64,000 bases of DNA, from contig NMRA01000442.1 in the NCBI GenBank assembly GCA_002633005.1, forward strand, positions 1 to 64,000. Direction: 5' to 3'. Of this stretch, positions 1-13,100 are shown in pieces (the stretch's first letter is position 1; each line of letters opens with the position of its first letter). Position numbers and translations under genes: made by a program. The notes under the pieces are model-generated. The model ran no database searches, had not been told where the DNA came from, and saw only the letters and a list, made by a program, of their open reading frames with translations. Source of the stretch: Phoronis australis. Lineage: Eukaryota > Animalia > Phoronida.

Positions 1-200
1 CACTAAAATATGGCAGGTACAGCGGCCTCTTTGTTGAGACACCCTGATTTTTGCTGAAAAGAAGGATTCTGTATTTCTTAAAAGATACATGCAATCTGAA
101 CCTAAGAGCGCCCACTGACGTTCCCAAAAGATCGAAGTTTTCTCGCGTAAGTTGCAATGCCTCGCATTAGTGTTGCAAAAATTTCTCATTTACGGACAAG

Positions 201-782
201 TGTTACGTTTTTCCCCGTGTGTGGGTGGGTGCAGGTGGTTACCGACCGGTGCCAATAGCTTTCGGTGAGAAGATAGACTGAAGACTGGTTCGAATTAATC
301 ACTTTATTAATCTCAACCCGTACGTTCAAAGGCCTACACGAACAGAATGTCCGACGTAATACCTGTTTTCTGCTCCATCCAGTGCTGCGACGCCTTGACT
401 TGTGGTGAACTTTTGAAACACTTTCACCACATCTTACACTCGTTCATTCAATCACTAGTTGTCTCTACAACTGGCTCTCTGACTATCGCTGTAACTACTG
501 AATCTCTTCACCGCAACTCTCTCCAATTCAAGCACATTCTATAACATTGCGGAATCTACCCAATCATTCTACAATTGAAACATATAATATACTCTAGAAT
601 GTTCCAGATTACATTAATCGCTTACATGCTAGAATTTTCTAGAATGTTCCACACTATTCTTTGGTTAACAAATTACATCATCGCTTTCTTGACCTCAGGT
701 GTCATGCCAATCAACAGCTATCTGCTAGAACACAAAAAGAACTATAGAACACAACAAGAACAGTACCAATTCACTCCTGACA
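201..782 (-). repeat. 3' LTR of the Gypsy element
   Basis: TGTTACGTTTTTCCCCGTGTGTGGGTGGGTGCAGG...CTCCTGACA, colinear with 2138-2721. Confidence 0.88.
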
Positions 783-904
783 ACACAACCCTACCGTAGA
801 GAAAATTACTCTTTTAGTTTTCTAACTCATAATCATCTGGCGCAGATGTACAATCGTCTGCTTCTGTGTCCTTCTATCAGATTCTCCCTGACTTGGCTTT
901 GCTA

Positions 905-1270
905 GTCGACTTTAGTAGTCTGCACCCACATTAGATTTTCTCGGGATATCTTCCACTTGAAATTTATAGTACTGCAGCACTATTGCCCATCGCATAACTC
1001 TATGGCTTTCAATCTTACGGTTGAATGTATACCGATGGCTTTGGTCTGTCTGCGCCACGAATTTCGTCGCGTAGAGATAAAACTGGAAGCGTTTAACGGC
1101 GAACGCCATCACCAAATACTGTTCTGTGAAGTAATGCATCTGGCTCTCTTCAAGCTGCCGGCTGATGTACACAATAGGGAATGTCTCATTATCAAACTCC
1201 TGCCGTAAGAGTGCCCCTAAAACATCGTTTGATGCGTCGTCTTAACAATGAATATCTGGGTGAAGTCTGC
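905..1270 (-). pseudogene. Degenerate Gypsy RNase H (end of pol)
   Basis: DFTQIFIVK..DASNDVLGALLRQEF..FPIVYISRQL..AFAVKRFQFYLY..TD..RVMRWAIVLQYYKFQVEDIPRKSNVGADY; includes ORF 912..1172. Confidence 0.85.
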
Positions 1271-1329
1271 TTATCAGAAGCACCTTCGCTCTGTGAGGTC
1301 AGTTTTTTGTAGTCGACTGTCTAACTAAC

Positions 1330-2062
1330 ATGTCTCTCAACTCGGTAAGGTCTTTATCACATACGGACATGTCGATGCACCTGTCTAGGTAGCGCTGTAT
1401 GGGGGCATAGACTGGTAAGCTGTCTTCCCTCTTATCCCTCGCTTCCCGAAACTGCCTGCAAACCCCCCGCCTCCGTCAGTTCATACCGCTTCAGTAAGGC
1501 TCTTTTGAGTGTGGCATAGTCCAGTGCATCAGCCATCGGGATGCTGGTGTAAAACTTCAGACCCTTGCTTGTCAGCCGGGCATTGAGACTAATTGCCTAT
1601 TTACTCTGTGTCGAACCCTGGCCATCTAGGTATCTTTCAAACCTTTCCGAAAAGTTGTCCATATGTTCTTGTTTTCGTCAAACGTGGGCAGCTTCGGCGT
1701 TATGTCACAAGTTATCCTAGCAGGGTTACCCTCAGCTGCAACCTGTTCAGCTTTCGGTGCTGCACGCGCTCTCTCGTGTTCCAATTTTTCTCTCTCATCT
1801 GCTGTTCGGCTTCGCGGGCTTGCATCCTCTCCTCGACCTCAGCCTCTCGCGCTTGCGTTCTCTCTTCAGCCTCACGAGATCGCATTCTCTCCTCAGCCTC
1901 AGTCTCTCGCGCTTGCCTTCTCTCCTCGGTCTAGCTTCTTGCGCTTAGTCTAAACAGGAGCCTCAGCTTGTTGTTTCTCTACAAAATGTCTAAGGTTGTC
2001 TCCCTGCTGACCCATTTTTGTCCGAGGGCCATCAACTCCCTTAGTTGAGATCTTGTCTCCAT
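1330..2062 (-). pseudogene. Degenerate gag (coiled coil plus SCAN-like capsid region)
   Basis: Starts METRSQLRELMALGQK at 2062. Has an E/R/A-rich coiled-coil repeat and SLNARLTSKGLKFYTSIPMADALDYATLKRALLKRYELTEAG. Frameshifted. Confidence 0.75.
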
Positions 2063-2116
2063 AGTGAGTCGCTAACTGCAACAGTCCTCTTTATCACACC
2101 ATGTTACCATCAGTAA

Positions 2117-2135
2117 ACTCCTGGCGTGCTCGCCA
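2117..2135 (-). promoter_or_regulatory. Primer-binding site, tRNA-Arg(ACG)-like
   Basis: Plus strand ACTCCTGGCGTGCTCGCCA, 2 nt from the LTR, nearly matches the tRNA-Arg(ACG) 3' end (..CTCCTGGCTGGCTCGCCA). Confidence 0.75.
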
Positions 2136-2137
2136 AA

Positions 2138-2721
2138 TGTCACGTTTTCACCATGCGTGGGTGGGTGCAAGTGGTTACCTACCGGTGCTAATAGCTTTCG
2201 GTGCGACGATGGACTGAAGGCTGCATGATTAAAGTAATCGCTTTATTAATCTCGACTACTTTCACAACCCTACTCAAACAAAGTATCCGATTAATGTTTG
2301 TTCTATGCTCCAGCCAGTGCTACGAAGACGTGACTTGTGATGAGCTTTTGAAACACGCTCAACACCTTTTTACACTTGTTGATTCAGTAACCTGCTGTCT
2401 CAAAAGCTGACTATCGCTGTAACTATTGATTCATTCTCTTCACCGCAACTTTCTTGTAACTAAGTTTCAATAGTCATGAACCTGTGGTTGGGTATTTATA
2501 TTCTCATGCAATGATCTTGAACTTTTTACCTGTTCAAGCACATTCTAGAACTTTCCGGAATCTACCCAATCATTATACAAACATATACTCGGCTCTAGAA
2601 TGTTCCAGACTGAATTAATCACTCACATGCTAGAGTCTTCTAGAATGTTCCACTAGAACACACACATAGAACAACAGACCAAAGTACTTAAACTAAGAAC
2701 AGTGCCAGTCTACTTCTGACA
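2138..2721 (-). repeat. 5' LTR of the Gypsy element
   Basis: TGTCACGTTTTCACCATGCGTGGGTGGGTGCAAG...CTTCTGACA, followed by TSD ACAAG. Confidence 0.88.
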
Positions 2722-3716
2722 ACAAGTCAAAACATTTTTTGGAGAATATTTTCCTATCAAAACAGCCGCAAAGCCGTCGCAACTGCCTTAAACTGATTCG
2801 AAGCCTTTTTACGTTTTTGAGAGTCAAGAGGCGCGAATAATCCGTCACAGTTTTGTTATGGGAGATGTTGGCGAAATGTGAAACTAAATGATAACGTAAC
2901 TAAATTGAAAATAAAAGATTCGCTATTTTGTTACTCAAGATAACCCGCAAATGTCGTTTGACGGCCGTGCGACATTTACCTTACATAGATCAGTCCCGCG
3001 ATTCTGCGTAAGATGACTCATTGATTCTCAAATAATTTCGCCACGATGTTGCTCTAGCTTTTTGGTAAAACTTGGTTCAAAATGTGATGGACATATGTAT
3101 ATCACTCACACCATATTCATTACGACTGACAAAATGGAGGAACTAGCGTGAAAATTTTCCCGATCACAATATTGGAAGGAATTCAAGACGTGCGACGACT
3201 GAAGTTGTGACAAGCCACGATTTTGGTTGATTTTCACGATCATTACAAGTTGGAAGTCTCATGATAGAAACGTTGTGTCAATTGTAATAGAGTTGGATGT
3301 ACCAACACGCACATATAACCATTTTCGATGTTATCGAAAATCTGATAACAAGGTTTTTTCCAAGGGGGGCCCTGTGTACTGCTTGGCCTGACTCTGCATG
3401 TGATGATCTTTATCCAGCATAATCAAAGCCGATGCGAACATATGAAGTGCATGTATGGCTAATCTGATAAAATTGCCACGTAGCATCTCAGTCAAAATGT
3501 ATGTCGCAAACGGCGAACTCGAGGTTGTCGACTATTCGTCAAGATGGGCACCAACTGTGACTCATGTCATGATGAGAAATTTCACACACCGGCCAATACG
3601 CAAATTTACCATTTACATGTACAATGGGAACACAAGGCTGCCAAACTTTCAAACTGTAAAATAAATTCAAAATATTTTTTTTTAAACTTAGAGTCGATTT
3701 TGAGCAGTTGACAGAT

Positions 3717-3910
3717 TGTTTTTTTTTTGAAATTTAAAACTAACAGAAAAATGCGCTGACATCAACAGAAACTCCAAATATTTAAAAACAAACTGTAAAA
3801 ATACATATACCTACAGAGGTGGTTGAATTCTGTTTCATTGGCAGAGAACCGCCCCGAAAAGTGCAATTTAGTCTGTATTTTGCGTTCCAGGCCCTTTTAA
3901 GTCGCTAAAA
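3717..3910 (+). repeat. Dispersed repeat; second diverged copy at ~4981-5165
   Basis: Shared core ..GACAT(C/T)AACAGAA..TTCTGTT..TGGCAGAGAACCG..GCAATTTAGTCTGT..CGTTCCAG in both copies. Confidence 0.6.
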
Positions 3911-4125
3911 TTACCAATAATTTTATGAATTTAAATTTGATTTTTGACTTCCTACCAGCCTGCCTTTGATTGGATCACCTGACCACGTATTTAGGTGTGT
4001 ACTACTACATATGTACAGTGTACGTGCCTTTTGTTGCACATGTGTAACTAGTTTCAGGCACTAGTTCCAGCACCCTTATATTTAATGTTTCCTAAACCTC
4101 TCTACTATCGTTACTATCTTTACAG

Positions 4126-4183
4126 GGTCAGGGAATACACATGTACCTACCTTACGTGAGAAACATTGCACAACTTCTTCCTG
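4126..4183 (+). pseudogene. Degenerate upstream duplicate of the start of M13 exon 1 (copy A), split by a transposon
   Basis: tacag|GG TCA GGG AAT ACA CAT GTA CCT ACC TTA CGT GAG AAA CAT TGC ACA ACT (GSGNTHVPTLREKHCTT), resuming at 6859 as [10 protein letters not shown]. The uninterrupted homolog in B is at ~61275-61338. Confidence 0.7.
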
Positions 4184-6858
4184 CAGGCCCTTAGCCAGGG
4201 GGGCTTGGGGGTTCGGTGGAACCCACCCCGCGGAAAAGGCCCAGCCCCAGCATATCTGTCAAAGATATTTTTATATAAGGATATAGATGGGCAAAGACAA
4301 CAAAACTGTTGCACCTACTAGTACTAGTAACTACAATGATAACTAAGTTAGTAATAATTATGAAATTGCTTCTGATTCAAAACGCTTCACGTGGCATTGG
4401 GCCGTACCCGGCCAACTTTGCCGAGTGGTGTTCGTGTAGACGACAGGATATCGTGCAGACGATAAGAGGAGGCTTGATCAGCATAGAACGCGCGTGGTAG
4501 CAACATCAAAGAGTAAAACGGGAATCTGAAAGTGAATGTCTATACCTACTATAGGCATAGATGTCTAGCCCAATGACCTATTATGTAGCAAGGAGAGGGC
4601 TTCCAAAAAGTAGTGCAACGTGAATGCCTTAAAGAGGCATAGAACATGAAACTCGTGAAAAATGTCTTTTAAAAAATTCCTGACGAAAGTACCATCTTGC
4701 AACCTTTAGTACAGAATAATTCACTTTGTCCTGTGATGAAATTTCCAGAGAAAATCACAAAATTCACGACTTTTGAAACACGCAGGAAGGAAAACTCTGT
4801 GGTTACCACATAGTATCTAATCTCACTCCCACTTATGTGCGCATGCGCTCACAGTCAGCTGCTTTTAGTGGCTTGGGGCAGAAGGTCACATCTGTCTGTA
4901 TATGTCTTGCCATACCAAATAAGGAGACTTGATTTGCTTTGTGGGAGAAAAATCGAGGAAGTGGCAAGCAGTTGGCAGGTCGTTTTTTTGAATTTTCAAA
5001 CTGAAAGAAAATATTTTGACATTAACAGAACTTAAAAATCTTTACGAACAAACCCAAAAAATACCTGGTGAGCTGGTGGGATTCTGTTCCAGTGGCAGAG
5101 AACCGTTTTCAATATGGCAATTTAGTCTGTTCATCACGTTCCAGCCCTCTTTAAAATCTGCCAAGAAACAAAACAGCAGAAATTTGAGATTTGTTATTCT
5201 ATTACTTTGGTTCAATTTCTAGCAAAGTACGGTGAAGTGCAGGCATTTTCAAATTATGAATTGAAAGTGATTGTCAAATATGCAATTTTTGTTGTTCATC
5301 CAGTGTCCACTCTGATTGTGGATTGGTGGATTGACATGCATGCGTGTACACGTGTGAGCGTTTCCGTTCTTTTAAATTCACCACAGTGTACACGTTGACT
5401 GTAAGTTTACTATAAGTAGTTCTCTGTCGTGCCCAAAAAACAGACATTCAGTTACCGTGTTTTCTTGCGCTGAGAAAACCCCGTCAAGCATTTTCACTTT
5501 ATTAGGGAAAAGAAGGCCTAGAACTCAGCCCCGCACACTTCATACGAGCAACAAACTTGAAGGAAAAGTTTTCCAATGTTACATGTCACTACATGTATAC
5601 CGAAAGTTCACATCTCTGAAGGTTGACTGTGTCTTTGAAGATTCGCTACTTTCGAAAATTTACTACTTCGAATTTCAAAATCCAGAACTTCGACAGTTCA
5701 CTACTCTTATTGTTTGCTCACAACTCATTTTCAAGCATGCAGGGACAACATCTGGGGCCTGGTCCATGGGCGGTTGGGGGGTGGAGGTATATACTTCTCT
5801 ACTTATTTCGGCGTTGCGATGACCGTGGGCATGGGTGGCGCTCACCATAAGGGGTTGGGGGCTACAGCCCCCACTTATTTCATTGCTGCGCCTCCCATGG
5901 GGTCAGAGCTGCGGCGACCAACGACAGTTTCAAATTTAAGAAGACTGAATGGGACTCCTTGAATAGCAGGGACAGATCGGCCTACCAACTACAATTAAAT
6001 TCGACCGGCAGAGCGCGAGGCTCCTAGGGTGAGTTTGAGATGCAGCGGCCCTAAACTTTTCAGTCCCGCAGCAATGCGATCTTGACATGGATTTGATGAA
6101 TGTATCGTGGTTGATAATCCATTAATTCCGTATTATTATTTCATATTCTTTTAGAAATTCAAATGCATGCTCATTTTTTCGTGTCAAGACGTGTGCAATT
6201 TCGCATGCACACTGAAAATAAATCTAGACAGGGATCACCAACTCTAGTTGGACTGGCCTGCTAGACGGTGGTCACTGTCTACATGAAATCCAAACAAAAT
6301 GTTTTAGTACCCGGGCGTGGTTTCAAATTTAGGTGCATCTAACAAGCGAAGTATCGTTTACTTTTGCATGTAAAAGTATAAAAGATACACCTGCGTCTGA
6401 AAGTTTAGAAATACTCGGAGTAATTAACCTTTGGAATAGTGAACCTTCGAAATAGCAGCCTGTTCCCATTTCCAGCGATGTAAGAAACTTTAGTAACCCG
6501 CAAAAACAAGCCATTCTCCGACTAAAGCACATAGTTCCATCCTAGAATGAAATGAGAAGAAATCAATCATGTAAGCATTCCTGATTTGAAATTTTGGCAG
6601 GAGATTCTCTTGTTGGACCACGTTACATTCAAATCTGTGTCCCTTTCCTTGCGAGCAACCGCCACGGCATCATCACAAGTTCTGTTTCATCTCAGAAGCA
6701 TGGAGAGTCATTGTCGTGTATACAGATTTCTCTTCCCCTTAGTTAAGCTGCATCAAAGGCCTCAATAAAAACTCTTTAGTGTCGACGTTTGCAAAACATT
6801 AAAGGTCCACCGTTCTAGAAATTCTAACCACACCCGCTCAGTGTTGGCTACTGGCCTG
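4184..6858. mobile_element. Non-autonomous TIR DNA transposon (hAT-like), specific to arm A
   Basis: Termini CAGGCCCTTAGCCA / TGGCTACTGGCCTG match 12/14 as inverted repeats. Flanks are TCCTG and GCCTG. The empty site CACAACTCTTGCCTGTACGTCA is in copy B. No transposase ORF seen. Confidence 0.7.
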
Positions 6859-6943
6859 GCCTGTACGTCAGTAGCTGGCTCATTTCTGTCAACATTATCG
6901 TCACTATATTTACATGTTCAAGCACCTAGCACGGGAGATGCAG

Positions 6944-7165
6944 GGGCTGACTCGGCTGAGAAATACTGCACATCTCCTGCCTGTACCTCAGTTGCTGGCT
7001 CCATTTTGGACGCCATGGATCCCACAGTAAACCCGTGCGACGACTTCTATCAGTACGCATGCGGAGGCTGGATCAAATCACACCCTATACCACCAGGACG
7101 GTCCCGTTGGAATTCGTTTGACGCCCTTCTGGAAAGAAATCATCTGGTTATAAAGAAGGCTCTAG
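6944..7165 (+). CDS. Copy A exon 1 (Cys-rich start of M13 ectodomain)
   Basis: [51 protein letters not shown]; donor G|gtgag at 7165. The acceptor position is a best guess. Confidence 0.85.
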
Positions 7166-10100
7166 GTGAGAGGTTGCATTTGTCTTAGTAAGCAAGGACT
7201 CGCCGTAATTTTTTGATGGATACATTTCCACTGTAGTTTGTCGCCGTGTCACCTTAATTATACCAGTTCCACTGTCATCAAATTTTGCCTTTTATGTTGT
7301 CATGTAATCTAGTAAGCCAGAATATACTAGAGATGAATGGTTAAACTCATATAACGTTTAATAATAAGTTCACACATAAGTTAATCTAACATCGAAACTA
7401 TAGGTTCTTTTAAGCGTGCTGTACAAATCACATGTCTTAAGGAAATACCACCGAGGTATTGTGTGCAAGTGATTACTGGAAGAATTTTGGTATTAGGCGC
7501 CAGAAATGAATTTTAATGTTTGTTTTGCTTTAAAGTTTGCACGCCACCGAAAAGCAGTTCTCTCGCCAAATGTTTTCGTTTTCTGGGCGGTGGGAAATCT
7601 CGCATGATACAACACAAATTAAGTTCTCATTCTTTGGCTTCTCACAACCACTTTGGGGTGGTGATACAGTGACGTCATTTATAAATTTGTTGATCTAATA
7701 AAAGAAATCTGTAAACCTATATATGATGAACTCGTGTCTTGGCTGGTCATCTTTTCCGTATTGTAGTGGCCACATAGAAGGGGTCCAACAGCCGGATATC
7801 CTTTAAGAAATATTTTTGAATACAGAAATTACGGATTTTTGAATGAATTAAGCTGTTTACTCGTCTTACTGAGTTTTTGAACTTACAGGAAAAGAGAAAT
7901 GAATATTACACAAATATATCCACGTGCCTTGCTGATTCCTTCTATCGAACAAGTCATTTACTGTACAAACTGTTGTCGGTGATCTCTAGAATGTCAGTCA
8001 TTTCTGCTTTCACGCGAGAAGTCGTGTTGTTTCAATTGACTCGTGGGTAGCATCGCTTGAAAATGACGAGGCTGGACAGTCAATTTCTCATAAAACCCGT
8101 TTTTGCGACAATTTGTAAAAGCAAAGCTTCAAGACATAGCACAAGCGAGTGTAAGTAGATTGTAAAGCTTATGTGTGGACTCCATGAGTGGAACTGTGTC
8201 GAATTGTTTGTTTTGAAGCCTATTAGTTTTTTTAGCTTGTTAGTTGTAGACCAGTTCATAGTCTGAGGAACATATGTCCAAACGGCAAAAGAAGGTATAG
8301 TTATGTCTACATAGAAGGGCGAGCATTGTGACTCCAGTGTAGACGAAAGGACCATATTTCAAGTCGGAGTTTGGTAAGGAAAATTTAAAAATTCCGAAAA
8401 GGGTTCTCGTCATTGAACACCAAGAGTGTATCAGAAAACCGGGCTACATCGTTTAAGAACACCATCACACCGGCATAATACGAGAGATGACAGACTGATA
8501 TTTCTAGACAATGTAACTTAATCATAAAGATTGGTTCAGGCTATTAGAAAGAAGGTTTCATTCCCGGACTAAGAAACTAATATTGCTGTATTACATTCAC
8601 TCAATGCATTTTCCAGGAAAGCCGTACGACACCTTTAAAAGTGAAGCAGAAAAGAAAGCTAAGAAACTGTACACGTCGTGTATGGATGAAAGTGCAACGG
8701 CGCAAAAACGCGGAACCCAGTCCATGCTGGAATTAATCCGGTGAGTGACACACACTGTGACTTCAGCCAATGACTTGATTGTCACAACTCGAGTTCGTGT
8801 TTACCCAAATTCATTGTAGGACTTTTCTCGGGTTTTAAGATGTAATGGTGACGTGATCAATGTGACGGGAAATATCATTTTTCACTTCTGTGCGTCAGAA
8901 TTGAAAGCACGCCTCCACTAAACAGTTTGGTGTGGTTAAAACAACACAACTAGCATGCAAAAAACACAAGGCCGAATATGTCAAAACGCATATTTATAAG
9001 TATACTGCGCAAAGATTTTCGAGGCAAGCGCCACCCGTTGGGAAACTGACCTGACGGGAACCGAGGTCTGGACGGAGGCCGTTGTTGATTCATGCAAATA
9101 AGCGTTCAAAAACATAATTCTTCACGAAGTCAAAATGAGAAAAGGTACAAAAAATAACAACTACTACTAGAAAATAAAATAACACAATGCGACCTAATGA
9201 TAAAATATGACCCCTTGTCTTAATATCCATGAATGGTGCATTTTTATGTTCTTTGTAGGAAACTAATACATATTTTTGTATGAAGCCATTCCATTGTTAA
9301 ACCGGATTTCATGACATTTCGTATAATTATTAGCTCACAGTAAATCTAAAGACGCGCTCAATGTAGGTGTTGATTGGGTCTACCTGTTTCATGTTACTTA
9401 TCCATTTCACGCCCCTTTTATTTTCAGCGATGGTTTCAATATTCACCTGGAATTGCGGCATGCTTTTACGTTTGGTCGACATTTTGTTCTACATTCGTAA
9501 AGTCTTTTCGCAATGTGAAAAGCTTTTTTAGATTAAAGTAGGACCGTGGTAATGTATTCATGGTATGTCAGTCACTATATTGCTTTTAGAACTGAGTGAT
9601 CTGCTACTCCGTTCGCTTTTTTGTTCAACCCACGCAGACATTGACTCGGGCGAAGAAAACAAGGGTGCCCACGCTGAAATTGACAATGTTCTTTTTTCAC
9701 TAAAAAGCGACTGACCAAAAGCACTTTCTGCTTTAGTAGGTCCACCGGAAAAAAGATGCTAAAAGCAAACAAAATTCGACAATTTGGCCAAAAATCACAA
9801 AGTCACGACTGTCCTAATGCAAAGTCGAAGACTAGATTGCAAATGGTCTTGACCTCTGAGACTCCAATATGTAACCTGAAATATGCCATTATCAACCAGA
9901 TTGCTTCAATTTACAATAGCCTAAATTGATTGCAGCAATGACCTGTCTTATCAAGGAAGTGTTTTTAAAATGACGGGATTTTCGGATCCGGCTAAAACAA
10001 GTAGAAACCAAACGAGTACCGGGGTTTTCGGTAGATAAGCCTATCCGATGAAACTCACATGGGCGATTATTCGGAAAATTCTATTATGCCGAATAAAAGC

Positions 10101-13100
10101 ACATTGTCGTTTATTCGGAAAATTTCCTTTTAAATGCCCACTAAGCGTCAACCTTTAGTCACAAATTCAGTTTTGTTGAGCATTTATCGTCTATAAAAAC
10201 GAACAAAGTGCTGGCGAATTATGCGTTTATTAACATGATACTTAAAAACACTGCGTGGCAAATGTCAAAGTCAGGAAACCCATGACTTTCCGTTTGCACG
10301 CACCCTTTTTCGGATAAAGGCCAGGGCGATTATTTGGAGTTGTTAAAACGGCTGAAATTTTCATGCGAAACACAGCTTGTCACATTCATAGACTACCTCC
10401 TCCAAACCATGGAAGCAGGCACTCAAACCGACGCTGTGGTGTTGGGTTTCTCCAAAGATATCCCCATCCAAGGCTCGAGGAGAAGATCGGATACTATGGT
10501 ATAAGGGGTCTCACCCACAATTTGATCCAGTCATTTCTATCTCTTAGAACACAGAGATTCGTCGTCGATGGCGAGTTCTCAAATTCCTCCCCAGTACAAT
10601 CAGGGGTGGCCCAGGGCACTGTCCTTGGTCTTGCACTCGTCATACTCTATATAAACAACCTCCCTGAATCCACTCTTTCAAATGTCCATCTCTTTGCCGA
10701 TGATGCAGTTCTCTATAGACCCAATGCTTCCCCCCACGACTGCCAAATTCTTCAACAAGACTTAGACTCCCTAGCCTCCTGAGGAAGTTCCTGGAAAATG
10801 AACTTTAATATCTCCAAATGCAATATTCTTCGTATCCACAGAAAACGTTCCCCCATAATATACAATTACAGTCTTCACAACGCTTCACCCAAACGCATTA
10901 ATCAAGCCCCATACCTTGGGGTCACTCTCACCAATAATTCATCATGGAACACCCGTACAGACAGAATCACCCCTAAGGCAACCAGAACTCTTGGCTTCAT
11001 TAAACGCAATCTCAAATATGCCCCCAAAAACAAACAAAAGCCGTTGCCTACACTTCACTCGTTTGACCAAAAATCGAATACACCTCCTCCGTCTGGGATC
11101 CCTGCACTCGCTCAAATATTAAAAAGATAGAAAAAATACAGCGTAGAGCAGCCACGTTTGTCCTAAATGACCACTCAAGGTACTCCTCTGTTTCATCTAT
11201 GCTTACAACTCTCAAATGGCCCATCCTTCAAGCAAGACGAGCTCAAAATAAACTCCCTCCTGTACAAGACCGTACATAATCTGGTTGCTATTCCTCACTC
11301 GTACCTTCCACTCCTACAGGCCTCCAGATCACGTAATTGTCACTCTCATACCTTTGAGAGATCATACATCCGCACTGCGTACTACGCAAATTCTTTCATC
11401 CCATCTGCCATTTTACTCTGGAACAGACTCCCACAATTCGTCATCTCATCAGAAACAGTAGAGATGTTCACAGGTCACATCTTGAACATCAATGTTTCAC
11501 CCTAATCAATAAAACCTGTTTTTATCTTGGCACTAACCAGCACTTTGTTTTAGTGTTATTTTCACAGTTATGCACACCTCAGTTATTACTAACATGCGCC
11601 AACACGTAAGGATCGATATTACGATAGTTTGTTGAAAATGGGAAGGAGGAACTTTTCATTTTCCGAACACATGCCCATTTATCTACAGAAAATCTCGGTA
11701 CCAGTCTTCTATACTCAAAACAACTTCAAAGAACTACTAAATACCATTTTCGACAATCACTCTCAATTTAGTTTACGTTATTGCCATCGAGCTTGGCAAC
11801 CCCATTTTTATTTTGTGAAGGTACAGAGGAAGAAGATTTGTCAAAAAATAGGATTCGTATGCGTTGATAGTCTGCTTCCCGAAGTTCTGTTTACAACTCC
11901 AAATCAGACGACAGATATCCGTCGTCTGCTTTGTTTACGTCATTTAGTCCATCTAATGGTTGTGGAGTTTTCGAGGTAAAGTTTGAGTGGATCTCGGCCC
12001 TTCGAACCACGTGTCTGAGTTTGGTATTACTATCTACCCTTTGCTTTTAATTAATGTATCATATTGAGCACTATAATAAATTTGTTGCCTTCATTGGAGG
12101 TCTTCCAGTGAATCTTAGTCTGAGTAATTTTGGTTTTAGATATCTTGGGCAATGGAACGTAAACTCGTATTCTGGCACAAGGAATACTTCGACGTTTGAC
12201 CTCAACTTACTTTTGCACCAAGTGACGCGATACTCAATATTTCCATTTTTCGGTTTGACGATTGTCGACGAATCGACAACAAAAGAAATTGGGGTAAGGT
12301 TTTGTTCTTACGACTACGCCTTTTTTGGTCTATGATGTTCCTGATGATCAGTCATGACAGTCGGTTTTACAATATATTAGCAGTCTTAGAAGTTCGTACA
12401 TACATGTACAGTAACCTCATTAAAACCCGATTTCTTGCGAATCTGGTAAGTTTGAACCCGGGTCTTGCCGTAAGTATAGTAATTTACGAGGGTCGTTAAA
12501 TAAGTTCTCGGCCTCACCCAGAAAACAACGCTATAGCAATTAATTTTGACTTTTATTTTTCAATATAATCTCCCGTTACATCAATGCATTTCTTGCATCT
12601 ATGCTCCAGTTTTGCAATGCCTTCGTAAAAGAAACTTTTGTCGAGCCCCTCAAAATACTCCTCCACTGTACTAATGACGTCACCATCGCTCACATACTGG
12701 CGCCCACGCAGGTAGGCCTCTAAATGTGGAAACAAATAAAAATCATACGGGGCCAGGTCCGGAGAATAGGCGGAGTGCGGAAGGATTGCAAAGCCACATC
12801 TAGTTGTTTCAGCCACCGCAACTTGGGCAGTAAGGGCAGGTTCGTTGTCTTGAAGCAACAGCACTCCATCTTGAAACTTCACACGTCTCATTCCCTTGAT
12901 TGCTTTTTTGAGTTTTTCCAAAAGTGATGCATAGTAATTCCCAGTAACAGGGTGTCCTCGTTGCAAGTAGTCGATCATCAGAATACCTTCGCTGTCCCAG
13001 AACACAGAGGTCATAACTTTGCTCGCAGAGGCACCCAACTTGAACTTTCTCGGGCTTGGGGAACCCACGTGCTTCCATTGTTTACTTTGTTGTTTTGATT

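Larger units (their letters stand above)
201..2721 (-). mobile_element. Internally deleted Ty3/Gypsy LTR retrotransposon (probably Gmr1-like), both LTRs present
   Basis: Direct repeats at 201-782 and 2138-2721 both start TGT and end CTGACA. A 5-bp TSD ACAAG lies at 196-200 and 2722-2726. A PBS is adjacent to the right LTR. Degenerate gag and RNase H are on the minus strand. Confidence 0.9.

Noticed and set aside
1593-1953. Overlapping plus-strand ORFs with SSASR repeats
   Set aside because: They are the antisense of the gag coiled-coil repeat of the LTR element.
2117-2135. tRNA gene
   Set aside because: Only the 3' ~19 nt match, next to an LTR, so it is a primer-binding site.
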